DNA of 64,000 nucleotides from an uncultured Nitrospinota bacterium (GTDB lineage Bacteria; Tectomicrobia; Entotheonellia; J063; CAVPRW01): NCBI GenBank assembly GCA_963707985.1, contig CAVPRW010000046.1, positions 1 to 64,000 of the forward strand, read 5' to 3'. Shown piece by piece: positions 11,536 to 21,947 of this stretch (position 1 is its first letter; each line of letters starts with the position of its first letter). The notes under the pieces were generated by a model. It saw only the letters and a program-made list of their open reading frames with translations, ran no database searches and was not told where the DNA came from. The position numbers and the translations under genes were made by a program.

Positions 11536-11642
11536 AGCTTTCCCTCCTCATGTCATACGTTATCGACGACCACCAGACCCTGTACAGTAGGCACATTCCG
11601 CGACAAAGCCACCATTGCTGGTCATACCAATGTGACGGATCG

Positions 11643-12191
11643 TTACAGCGTCGACACTCGACCCGGCTCCATCTCAGGTTTGAGCATCAGTTGGGCAAGA
11701 CACACGGCGGTGTAGTAGCTACACGTCAGGGCCAAATCCACCACGCCCCGCGTCCCCAGCAACTTTTGAGCGGCCGCAAACAGATCGTCCGACACGTCTT
11801 TCTGGCGCACCAGTTGGTGCACCACACGGGCGATCACCTGCTCTGGTTCGGTGAGTCCATCGGGGGCCTTGCCCGTGCGGATGGCTTCAATCGACGCGGC
11901 GCTGACGCCAGCACGAGCAGCGAGCACGGCGTGCCCCGTCCACTCGATCGCGCTGTTCCACTCGCGGGCTACCAGGATAATCGCCAATTCCTTCAGATCC
12001 TCTGGCATAGCGCTCTGGAAGCGTAATTGTGCCCCCAGCGACGTCAAATAGCCGGCAGCCAGGGGGCTATGCAGCAGGGCACGAAATTGCAGGCCTACCT
12101 CAGGGCTATTGCGGTCCCGGCGGATACGGTCGTAAATCTCCTGCCCCTCAGCATCCAACTCATCGCGTTTGACATACGGCACGCGAGCCAT
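11643..12191 (-). CDS. Carboxymuconolactone decarboxylase/AhpD-like family protein (paralog of the adjacent gene)
   Basis: Both start MARVPYV and end STL; LKELAIILVARE..EWTGH. Confidence 0.85.
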   Translation of the reverse strand: MARVPYVKRDELDAEGQEIYDRIRRDRNSPEVGLQFRALLHSPLAAGYLTSLGAQLRFQSAMPEDLKELAIILVAREWNSAIEWTGHAVLAARAGVSAASIEAIRTGKAPDGLTEPEQVIARVVHQLVRQKDVSDDLFAAAQKLLGTRGVVDLALTCSYYTAVCLAQLMLKPEMEPGRVSTL

Positions 12192-12946
12192 GACTTCGCT
12201 CCTTTCCACAGCGCAACTTGACTTCGGCACGTTTCGGCAGCACGCTATCGACTGGCACGCCGCTTACCACCGAGATCGTCTAGCGTGGCGCCTATCATAG
12301 CATGGACGGGCGTGGTTGCATAGGCAGCACCCGTCCAGGTGATACGTCTCAGGAGATTCCCACTTTGCGTACTACTATCACCATTGCCCTCTCCCCCACA
12401 AAACCCATTGAACGAGGTCCAGTTTCTTGGAGCTGGCCCGTAAGTCCACGCATCGAATGTTTCGAGGACCCAATCCGCGAGGCCATCCTCTTGGGGGGAA
12501 CCATCAAGCAGGAGTTGCGCTGGCGGGAAGGACCCCGCGACAGGTCACGGACATGGCCCCCCATCGCCTGCGGGTCCTGGTCCGACCGAGCCCAGGGGCA
12601 AAGACTGCTGCGTGCCGCTGGGCTCCTGGCCCCGCGCCGATTCTACCGTGGGTCGAATCCGCGCGGCTTCGCAAAAAGGGGGCAGATTTGCATGGCATTA
12701 TGTTAAGCCAAGCCAAAAAGGAAGGCTATAGTAAATTCAGATGCATACAGCTCAACAGCTTCGCGATTTTGACTCTGTTTCGGGCGTAACTTACTGCCCG
12801 AACATGAATTTCTAAAGTTTGCTCTATTTGAACTGGTTCCCAGCGCGGGGTTTCTGCCGCAAGGGCATAAAGTACCAAGGGTCGGATCAGTAATGGCATG
12901 CGGGACAGATGTCTGTTCTTGACTTCGTAGGGGGAAGGGGAGCGGG

Positions 12947-13575
12947 ATGGCGGAGACGCTGAGACAAGCGCACGTGGTGGTGCCGAACTGGCCGCACCAC
13001 GTCATCCAGCGGGGCCACAACAAGCAGGTTGTCTTTCGGTCTAACGACGACTACGGATACTAGCGACAGACCCTGGAGGAATGCAAAACGACCTTGGCCT
13101 GCCAGGTGTATGTCTATTGTCTCAGGAGCAATCACGTCTTCCTGCTCATCAACCCGGGTCCGAAGGCGGCCAACCGGGCTGTGCTGATGAAACGGGTGGC
13201 GGGGCGGCAGACGCGCTACGTCAACGCGCGGGATCGGCGAAGCGGGACGCTGTGGGAAGGGCAGTATCAGTCGAGTCTGATCAAGACGGAGGCTACTGGC
13301 TGGCCTGTGGGCGGTGCGTGGAGCCCAATCCGGTTCGGGCGCGGATGGTGAAGCGGCCGGAGCCGTATCGCTGGTCCAGCTATCAAGCGCGGGCGGGCTG
13401 CTATCGGTAGTGGGTGCGAGCAGCGATCCCGGAGGGTAAATAGGAGCGGATTCGACGGGCCATCCAGCGAGGCCAGCTCAGCGGTGGGGAGTGCTGCATG
13501 CACGCGGTAGCGAAGCGAGTCGGACGGCGGATCGAGTTTCGGGGGCGAGTGCGGCCCAGGAAAGGTCACAAATGC
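12947..13575 (+). pseudogene. REP-associated (RAYT-like) Y1 HUH transposase, inactivated
   Basis: HHVIQRGHN, YCLRSNHVFLL (HUH second His lost), RSGTLWEG, NPVRA.MV, YRWSSY; internal TAG and frameshift; flanked by the 10-bp IR GGGACAGATG (12902) / CATCTGTCCC (13575). Confidence 0.85.
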
Positions 13576-13641
13576 ATCTGTCCCATTTCTTTCCGCACGC
13601 CTGTATGTCACCGCCTCACATGACAAATCAAGCGGACGTTG

Positions 13642-14950
13642 TCACGGCTTGAGGTCGGATGTGATGGTATGGGTGTCGATCATCGTGGTTCGCACGTCGC
13701 TGTGGCCACGCCTCTGTTGCATCTGGCGGATGTCGTCGTGCGCCTGCAACAGAGGCGTGGCGCACGTGTGCCGAAGGGTGTGTGGAGACACCCGCTTGGG
13801 AATGCCTGCCTTGCGGGCCGCCGCCTTGATCGCCTGCTGGATAGCGGTGTCATGCACATGGGAGCGCCGCACGTCGCGCGTGGCCGCCACGCACGTCAGA
13901 CTCTGGGCGGGAAAGCACCACTGCCAGACGACTTCGTGCGCCGCCGACGTCGCCGTCTTTGCGAACGACGTCGGCAGAAACACGCCGTCATCGCCCTTCG
14001 GCCTGTCCTCTTGAGGGAGCTCCCTGACCTTTTCGAACGGCCGCATGATGTCACCATGGATCGTGTGCGGCCACGGCACGGTCCGCGATGTGCCGCCCTT
14101 GCCGAACGGGACTGCAAGCCTCCCCGTGTCCACATTGACCTGTTGGTTCCGCAGATGGGCTGTCTCGGAATGCTTCACGCCACACCCGTCCAGGAGCATC
14201 GCCAGGCATGCAGCGGGCTCGTGCAACTCCGCCACCAGCCGTTCCACCGCCTGCCGCGACAGCACGGTGGGGATCGACTGGCGGCGCTGGGCCCGTGGCG
14301 TCTCCGAACGATCACCGAGTTCCGGTGTGCATACATGTCTGAACAGCCATAGCCGGGCGTTGAACGCCTGGTGTTACGCCGCAGCTGATACCGGTCTTCT
14401 GACAGCCAGATCGGCCAAACACCGCTTCACCTCCGCACTCGTCCACGCCGCAGGAGTAGCCTGGACCATGCCCCCCCTGACCGTCCGCATCCATCCCGCA
14501 GACGCGTGAAGCGTCTTGGGCGAATCATGGCGACGCCTGATGTCATCGTTCACCTGCGTGTCCACCTTTCGCCAGGCCGCGTGCGTCGGTGCGCTCGCGC
14601 GATTGGCCTGCACGACGACAGGCGCGTGTTCCGGCAGCATGCGAGATGGCCCGATGAGGCGCTTCTGCGTCCTGGCCGCGAGACCATCGGCTCCGTCGTT
14701 CGGTGCGCTCGGGACCGCATCGTCGTCTCGCAACGAGCGCCACGGCGGCGACACGAACACGGCGTCATCGTCAACCGAGCCTGGTGCCTAGGCCTGCTGT
14801 TCGACCGTGTGGCCTTTCGACGCCAGTTTCCCGATAAATCACCGAAGGCTCGTGGCAGTGGTGGGACGGTGACGGTCCGTATGGCCCACATGCAGGGAGC
14901 ACCCCACCCATGTTTGGTCGTGCCGCCATGGTTCACGGGGAGCCCCCCTG
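13642..14950 (-). pseudogene. intI: Integron integrase, heavily mutated
   Basis: IntI-specific segment WQWCFPA...RRSHVHDTAIQQAIK, then HTLRH..AT.LL..DIR...GHSDVRTTMIDTH (catalytic Tyr to Asp); divergent from the attC array; 5' limit approximate. Confidence 0.88.
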
Positions 14951-15513
14951 GCCGCCAGGACCTCGGCGTCTCTCGGATCAGTGTCCGGAAAAGCGTTCAG
15001 GGGTGACTCTTGTGCTGTGATTATCCAGCTGCTGGATATTCTTACATGACGCCTGTTATACAGCACTTATTAGGATGTCGACGATTGTTATGCTTTTTAT
15101 GATCTTTGCTCATACATCTTAGCGTTGTTGTCCTTCCCTACCGGGAAGTCTTTGAGAAAACTTTATGAAATCCATATCTTGACCATTGAGACGTGATCGT
15201 GACAGCCTGATCGTGACTCGTTGAAGTGACAGGGGGTCATTCAAAAAATGCAAGCGTATACTGTTCTTAGCCATGCTATAATATCGGTCCTCACGGTTCA
15301 CCCAGTTTAAACCAGTTTCAAACATTCCTGATAACGGCTTGATTTGACGAATCCCTGTTCAGCCTCACGGCAACTCTACGGCACAGGGATGAGCCAACGG
15401 CACTGGCCAAGCAACATTCCGCCGGACGGTCAACACTTAAAGGCGCTGTTTTTTTTAATTTTTGCCCAAATATTGGAAACTGTCGCAAAGAATGACGGAA
15501 CCATGAATCGGAG

Positions 15514-15548
15514 TGTTATACAGAAAACGGTTGAATAACTTGTTCTGG
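15514..15548 (+). promoter_or_regulatory. Putative attI site
   Basis: AT-rich GTTATACAGAAAACGGTTGAATAACTT-GTT directly before the first attC structure and upstream of intI. Confidence 0.5.
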
Positions 15549-15624
15549 CGGACACGCTGCGCGCGTCCGCCAGAACGCGGCGCTCACTGCGTTCGCAGCC
15601 TGGTTCGGCAACGCGCTTCGCGCC

Positions 15625-15708
15625 GCCGAACCAGGCTGCTTCACCTGCCGCGGCGGCCGTCAAGCCTGCGGCTCGCCGTCCCCCGCGCAGGTGAGCGCCG
15701 CGTTATGC
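15625..15708 (+). repeat. attC site
   Basis: GCCGAAC ... TCACCTGC / GCAGGTGA ... GTTATGC imperfect palindrome. Confidence 0.75.
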
Positions 15709-15775
15709 GCCTTCCCGAGCGGAGCGTTCCTATTGAGTCCGTTCTGAGGTTGTTGTCTGGGGGTATCCTGTCGCG

Positions 15776-16123
15776 GTGGCTCTGAACGACTTAGAAACAA
15801 AGCGCGTCGAGAAGGCTCTAGCTGCGTATTTGCAGAAGCATCGACCGCCACCGCACATCCGTCCGAAACTCGATCTCGGTTATCGGATCTCGGGGCAAAG
15901 CGTGGAGCTATTCGAGATTCGACCAGCATTTCAGAAACCTAGTGTGAAGCGTGAGCACAGTTTTGCGAAAGCTACCTACGTGCGGACACGCGACCACTGG
16001 AATGTTTTTTGGATGCGGCAAGATCTGAAATGGCATGCGTATCAGCCGCATCCTGTCGCGAAGGGCATCGATGAGTTTCTCTCTGTTGTGGAGAAGGACG
16101 AGTATCACTGCTTTTACGGCTAG
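15776..16123 (+). CDS. DUF3024-like gene cassette protein
   Basis: RPPPHIRPKLDLGYRI.GQSVELFEIRP, AKATYV, WMRQDLKWHAY; bounded by attC sites. Confidence 0.85.
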   Translation: MALNDLETKRVEKALAAYLQKHRPPPHIRPKLDLGYRISGQSVELFEIRPAFQKPSVKREHSFAKATYVRTRDHWNVFWMRQDLKWHAYQPHPVAKGIDEFLSVVEKDEYHCFYG

Positions 16124-16130
16124 TGGTTGC

Positions 16131-16220
16131 GCATAACAAGCGCATGCAGCGAACGCGCGTTATGGATAAATTTGTTCTACGTTTAGGGCATCGGCGCGTC
16201 GCTGATGCGCGGCGTTAGGC
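16131..16220 (+). repeat. attC site
   Basis: GCATAAC-aagcgcatgcagcg ... cgctgatgcgcggc-GTTAGGC just after the stop codon. Confidence 0.88.
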
Positions 16221-16382
16221 GTGCACAAGCCCGCTGCTCCAGGATAAAGCGAGACCCATCTGATCAGAGGCATCGACATCGGACCATCTGGGCAAGGGCG
16301 GAAGTTCTCGATGCGCTGCATGGTTCCAAGCGCCTGGCAGAGGGTCTTATGCACAGCAATGGTCAAAGAAAGGCAGGGAAAC

Positions 16383-17180
16383 ATGAGTATCATCGGAAAA
16401 GTTGAGAGTCTGTGGCGCTATCCGGTCAAGAGCATGCGCGGCGAGGAGTTGGACGTAGCCTTCCTGGGGTTTGCCGGCATCTATGGTGACCGCCTCTTCG
16501 CCTTCAAAAGTGCGGCAAGTCCCAAAGGATTTCCGTATCTGACGGGACGGGAGCAGCAAGAGATGCTGCGGTATCGCCCGCGGTTCCGCCATCCTGATCA
16601 GGCGGCACAGCCTCCCAATCTGGCCGACGCGGAGCGCCTCTGGCCCGGCCTGAACGTGAACCCCATGTCTGCAGATCCAGCAGACCTGATGGTGGATGTC
16701 GAGACCCCATCAGGCGAGCTACTTGCGATCGACCATCCCGCCCTGATCCCCATGCTCGGCGCGAGGATCGACGAGGCCCATATCCTCACACTGGTCCGGT
16801 CGGACCGCGCGATGACGGATTGCCGTCCCGTGTCGCTCTTTTCCGTGCAAACCGTGCAGCAGCTTGGGGAAGAACTCGGCACGGTCGTGGACCAGCGACG
16901 GTTCCGGGCCAATGTCTATGTGGACCTCTCATCTGCCGGCGGCTTCGGTGAGGATGGGTTGGTTCGCCGCTCAGTGCGCATCGGGTCGAAAGTAGTGATC
17001 ACGATTTTGCAGCGCGATCCGCGCTGCAAGATGATCACCCTCGATCCCGAGACAGGCGTATCGAACCCAGAGTTCCTACGGCAGGTTACGGAAGCCCACG
17101 ATGGTATGGCCGGTGTCTATGGGGCGGTCTTGGTGGAGGGCACGCTGCGCAAGGGCGACCCTATTGAATTGTTGGACTAG
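16383..17180 (+). CDS. MOSC domain protein (probable cassette)
   Basis: LWRYPVKSMRGE, GDR.FA, RRFRANV, PRCKMITLDP, GVYGAV..G. Confidence 0.9.
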   Translation: MSIIGKVESLWRYPVKSMRGEELDVAFLGFAGIYGDRLFAFKSAASPKGFPYLTGREQQEMLRYRPRFRHPDQAAQPPNLADAERLWPGLNVNPMSADPADLMVDVETPSGELLAIDHPALIPMLGARIDEAHILTLVRSDRAMTDCRPVSLFSVQTVQQLGEELGTVVDQRRFRANVYVDLSSAGGFGEDGLVRRSVRIGSKVVITILQRDPRCKMITLDPETGVSNPEFLRQVTEAHDGMAGVYGAVLVEGTLRKGDPIELLD

Positions 17181-17675
17181 CGAGTCAGGTGGAAGTGTGA
17201 GGCCGGAGGGCCTGAGGTCGGCGTCGAAGCATTGCGCACCCTTCTCAAACATCGTGGGGGCACGGGGAGGTCCAGTGGGAGTCCGTCCCAGGTCGCACGC
17301 CGAACGAATAGGATTCTTTGCGAAGGCTCGCCACGATGGGAGTGACAGCGGGGGGAAAACTGCTTGCGGCGAGCCCTTTGCAAAGAATCTGTTGGACGAA
17401 ACCGCAGGAACGCTATGGGGATTGCATCCGAGGGTCTGGGATGGGGGGCCGCAAAGGAGGAGAGGGGCAGGCGAAGCTGGGACGCCCGGTGGAGAGGGAA
17501 CGGATGTGGGAAGGGCAGACAGGGATGTCCAGCCCCAACATGAGACGCGAAATTCTCCAAGCCAGGGGTGTGAAGCAGGGCGGTTGGCTGGGATACCCAC
17601 GCGTGGACACACCGGTACCATGCCGCCAAGCGGGCAGCCAAGCAGACGAGGGGAGAGTAGGGCAGCAGAGCGGCC

Positions 17676-18796
17676 TCATGAGGAATCCACGCCCGGGGAA
17701 ACCCTGCTGTTCTGGTGGCGCAAGGGGAGTCGGGTTTGCCAGGGCACGAGGTGCCCCTGGCCACATGGGGGGCAAAGGGTTGGAGCCAGCCCGGTCAATT
17801 GTTGGGAGCGGGTCGTCCAGGGCAGAGGCGGTGGCTCGGCTGGGGGAGGAGACTCAGGCACCGCGAGCAACTGGCGGCAACGCGCCAGGTTCTCGGCGCG
17901 ATGGCGGTTACGGAGCCAACCGAAGTCGCGGATGCGCACGAAGCCCGCGGGCAGGATAGGCAGCAGGAAGCGGCGGATGAACTCGGCAGCAGCGAGGGTC
18001 ATGACCCGCTGTTGGTTGTGGTGGCGATCATCCTTCCAGCGGCAAGAGACGTGCCCCTCTGCGCATGTGAGCAAGCGATGATTGGAGATGGCGACGTGGT
18101 GGGTGTAACGGCCGAGCTACGCCAACACCTGGGCGGGACCACCGAAGGGGGGGTTGGCATAGACGACCCATGCGGTGTGGCGACAGCGGTCGAGCACGCG
18201 GGCGAACCCTTGCGGCGCAGCGAGGGGCTGCAGTTGCCCATGAAACTGTCGCTGGTGTTGATCCAACGCTGGCCATCGGGTGAGAGTCCTCCAGTGGGAA
18301 CGACGCAAGGCACATGGGGATGATGGCGCAGCGTCTGCCCCCAGGTGTGGCGGATGGCGAGCAAGCCGATACGGGCGCCCAGGTGTTGGGGGTCGGCGGC
18401 TATGCGGAGTAAGGTGTGCGAAGCCGTCCGGCACAGCAGGTTGGACATCACCTGTTGGTTTTGCAGCGCCAGGGGAGCCAGGGAGTCGGGCAGGGTAAAG
18501 ACGACATGACAATACTCGACGGGCAAGAGTTCGGCCTGGCGATCCTCCAACCACTGAGCGTTAGCCAGGGCCTGACACTTGGGGCCATGACGGTTGCGAC
18601 AAGAGTTGGAGGAGATGGTTTGGTGACCGCCGTGGTCGCACTGCTCCACATGGCCACCCCGGGCGGCAGTGCGACAGAGTTCGATGGCCCGCCTGGCGCG
18701 CCGCTGTTGTGGGGACAGCGAGGCCCCGTGCAGGTCCTGGTACGCGGGTCCATCCTGGCGGAAGATAGCGGCGACTTCCAGAAGTGGTGCGGCCAT
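17676..18796 (-). pseudogene. IS91-family transposase, mutated and internally deleted
   Basis: CRT...GGHV, NSCRNRH.PKCQ, HVVFTLP, HTWGQ..HHPH, EFIRRFL..ILP.GFVRIR. Confidence 0.88.
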
Positions 18797-18805
18797 GGGT
18801 GTGCC

Positions 18806-19655
18806 TCAGGGGTGGGGGAGGCAGCGGCAGCGCGTCAACGGGGCTGACGGTCGCGGCCACAGGGGTGGCCGCGACATGAGTGTCAAGGGCGGTGGTGCGC
18901 AGGCTGTTGTGGCCGAGCCGGAGTTGGATGGTCCGGATGTCGGTGCCCGCTTCCAGCAGCTGCGTGGCCAAGCGGTGGCGCAGCGTATGGGCGGTGACCT
19001 TTGTGCCTAAGCCAGCGTCCTGGCAGGCGCGCAGGCAGACCTCCTGCCGGGTGCGAGCGCCGATGGGCTGCTGGGGAGACTTTCCCGGCAACAGCCAGTC
19101 GGTGGGACGCACGGCGTTCCAGGACGGGCGCAGCCACGTGAGCCATGTCGGCGAGAGCATGACATAACGATCCTTCTGGCCTTTGCCCTGCCGGATCCGA
19201 AGCGTCATGCGTTGGGAATCGATGTCAGACACGTGCAAGTGAAGGACCTCGGAGACGCGCAGACCGGCGGCATACGCGGTGGAGAGAGCCATGTGATACG
19301 TGAGGTGGGTGAGGGCTCCTAGAAACTGCGCGACTGCGGCAGGGCTCAAGACGACAGGGAGTTGATGTGCCTTGCGCGGAAACGGGATGTGGGTCATGGC
19401 CCAGTCTTTCCCGAGGGTGATGCGGTAGAGGCAGCGCAGGGCACAGACGCGCTGGTGGAAACGACTCCAGGAGACCTGCGTGTCGTGCACCAGATACCGT
19501 TGATCCGCACGAATGTCTTCCGCCCCGAGCCGTTCAGGGGACCTTCTGAAGTGCCTGGCAGAGAGGGACCCACACTCGACCTAGAGGCGCTGGGTTTTCG
19601 GGGAGAGATGGCGTACCTGCATGTCTTCGACGTAACGCTGACGTCAGGGTGTCAT
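18806..19655 (-). pseudogene. Site-specific tyrosine recombinase, inactivated
   Basis: MTP*RQR start, YAAGLRVSE, GKGQKDRYVMLS, HTLRH, LGH..LRTTALDTH; internal stops. Confidence 0.88.
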
Positions 19656-19959
19656 GACAGGCTCCTTTCCAGGAAACATCATGTTGTTCGGGAACACCCT
19701 GATCCTCCCGGAGGGAGTCTGGGGGGGGGGCGGGGGGGGGGGGGGGTTGGCATCCAGACGAGCCAGCCAGCCGAACAGGGCCTGCCGTCAGAGGGGAACC
19801 GGTTTTCTCAGAGAAGGTCAAAGGCACGCGAAACCAAAGCGGGAGGAACCGATCGGCAGGGTGTTGCGATCACATGGATTTCACTCTTCTCTACCGCGCA
19901 GCGGTTTAGTCCAACAATCGCTTACAAGCGACCGCCAACAGCCTTGTATCTTTAAGGGG

Positions 19960-20120
19960 TGATGTGGGAGAATCCCAGTCACGTAGAACCCGGACGTGAC
20001 AGACCGATTGAGCCTTGGTCCGTTGAGACCGGAGCGGAGCGTGGGTCGTCACGTCCTGGACTCCTCAAGCCCGTACAGTTGTCTGGTGCCTTAGAGCCCG
20101 TATCTGCAAGGTCGGGCGAC
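19960..20120 (+). ncRNA. Predicted bridge RNA of the IS110
   Basis: Stem GGACGTGAC/GTCACGTCC around a loop with GAGCGGAG (reverse complement of the target); stem GCCCG/CGGGC around a loop with ACAGTTG (donor). Confidence 0.75.
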
Positions 20121-20130
20121 AGGAGGTCCT

Positions 20131-21087
<957 letters not shown>

Positions 21088-21171
21088 AAATACGTACAGG
21101 CCCCTTGACAACCAAGACAGTTGCTCCGCTCGTTCCTCGCTGCGGCTCTTGGCGGCGCCTGAAGCCTGGCG

Positions 21172-21500
21172 TTAGGCGTCAACGTCCAAATCCAGCGCAA
21201 ACACCAGAGCGCGCTTAATCTGGGTCATCAGTTGATCTGGCAGCTTGCCGAGCCTTCGCTCAAGCCGCACGTTGGCAAAGACCCGAGTCCTTGAACATTG
21301 ACGACAGAGGCGCGGTCAAGAAAGGCGAGTTTTGGCAGTACCACCTCGTAGGGACTCTGTCTGTTTTGGGTGGTCAACGGCACATAGAGGACCAATGCCC
21401 GCGGTGGGTCAGGGTCATCGCGCGACACGATCACGACTGGGCGTGTCTTCGCCGCTAAGCCAAGATCGGCAAGCCAGACTTCACCGGGTTGTGGGTTCAT
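21172..21500 (-). CDS. PemK/MazF-family toxin (reverse-oriented cassette; frameshift near 21270)
   Basis: PQPGEVWLADLG...KTRPVVIVS, VPLTT; the restored frame stops inside the attC GTTAGGC box. Confidence 0.85.
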
Positions 21501-21666
21501 CGAGCATATCCAGAACTTCTTGCTCCACGATACGCGACCGCAAGACATCTAAGACGTCTTGATCTGCCAACTCGATAATTTCTGTCACCTGTCGCCTGAC
21601 CTGGGCAGCCGTATCAGGTTTCCACTCGCGAAGCTTTGTATCTAAGCGTTCTGCCAACGCATCCAT
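21481..21666 (-). CDS. Putative antitoxin
   Basis: 61-aa acidic ORF overlapping the toxin start. Confidence 0.7.
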   Translation of the reverse strand: MDALAERLDTKLREWKPDTAAQVRRQVTEIIELADQDVLDVLRSRIVEQEVLDMLDEPTTR

Positions 21667-21821
21667 GACCGCCTCCAGCCGTAGGCGCTATTGCACTCTA
21701 AGCCTTTTATCATGTGGCGGCAACCTCTGAAAGACTGTACCGCCTTTGTACGGGGTATTATACTACAGTGGCTTACTAGGTTTCAGCCTCGAGCGCTCAA
21801 TAGCAGGAAGAGCATAGCCTC

Positions 21822-21931
21822 GCCTATCCAAAGGTCGCAGCAGACGGGGGGACAGCGGCGCATTGCAGCGCGGGGGAACCGTCCGCAGTCGGTGGTGGGT
21901 CCGCCCCCGCTGCTGAACCTGGGCGTTAGCC
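21822..21931 (+). repeat. attC site (degenerate left core GCCTATC)
   Basis: caaaggtcgcagcag ... ctgctgaacctgggc GTTAGCC. Confidence 0.75.
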
Positions 21932-21947
21932 ATCTGCAGATGTTATC

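Larger units (their letters stand above)
17391..19915 (-). mobile_element. Two-gene element: tyrosine recombinase plus IS91-like (Y2 HUH) transposase
   Basis: Terminal IRs GTTGGACGAAACCGC (17391) / GCGGTTTAGTCCAAC (19901), 14/15 match; encloses both genes. Confidence 0.8.

Noticed and set aside
12253..12267. sigma54 promoter TGGCAC-N5-TTAC
   Set aside because: It lacks the invariant -12 GC.
12429..12675. tRNA or tmRNA suggested by a T-arm-like GGGTCGAATCC
   Set aside because: No canonical TTC loop, D/anticodon arms or CCA, and the length fits neither RNA.
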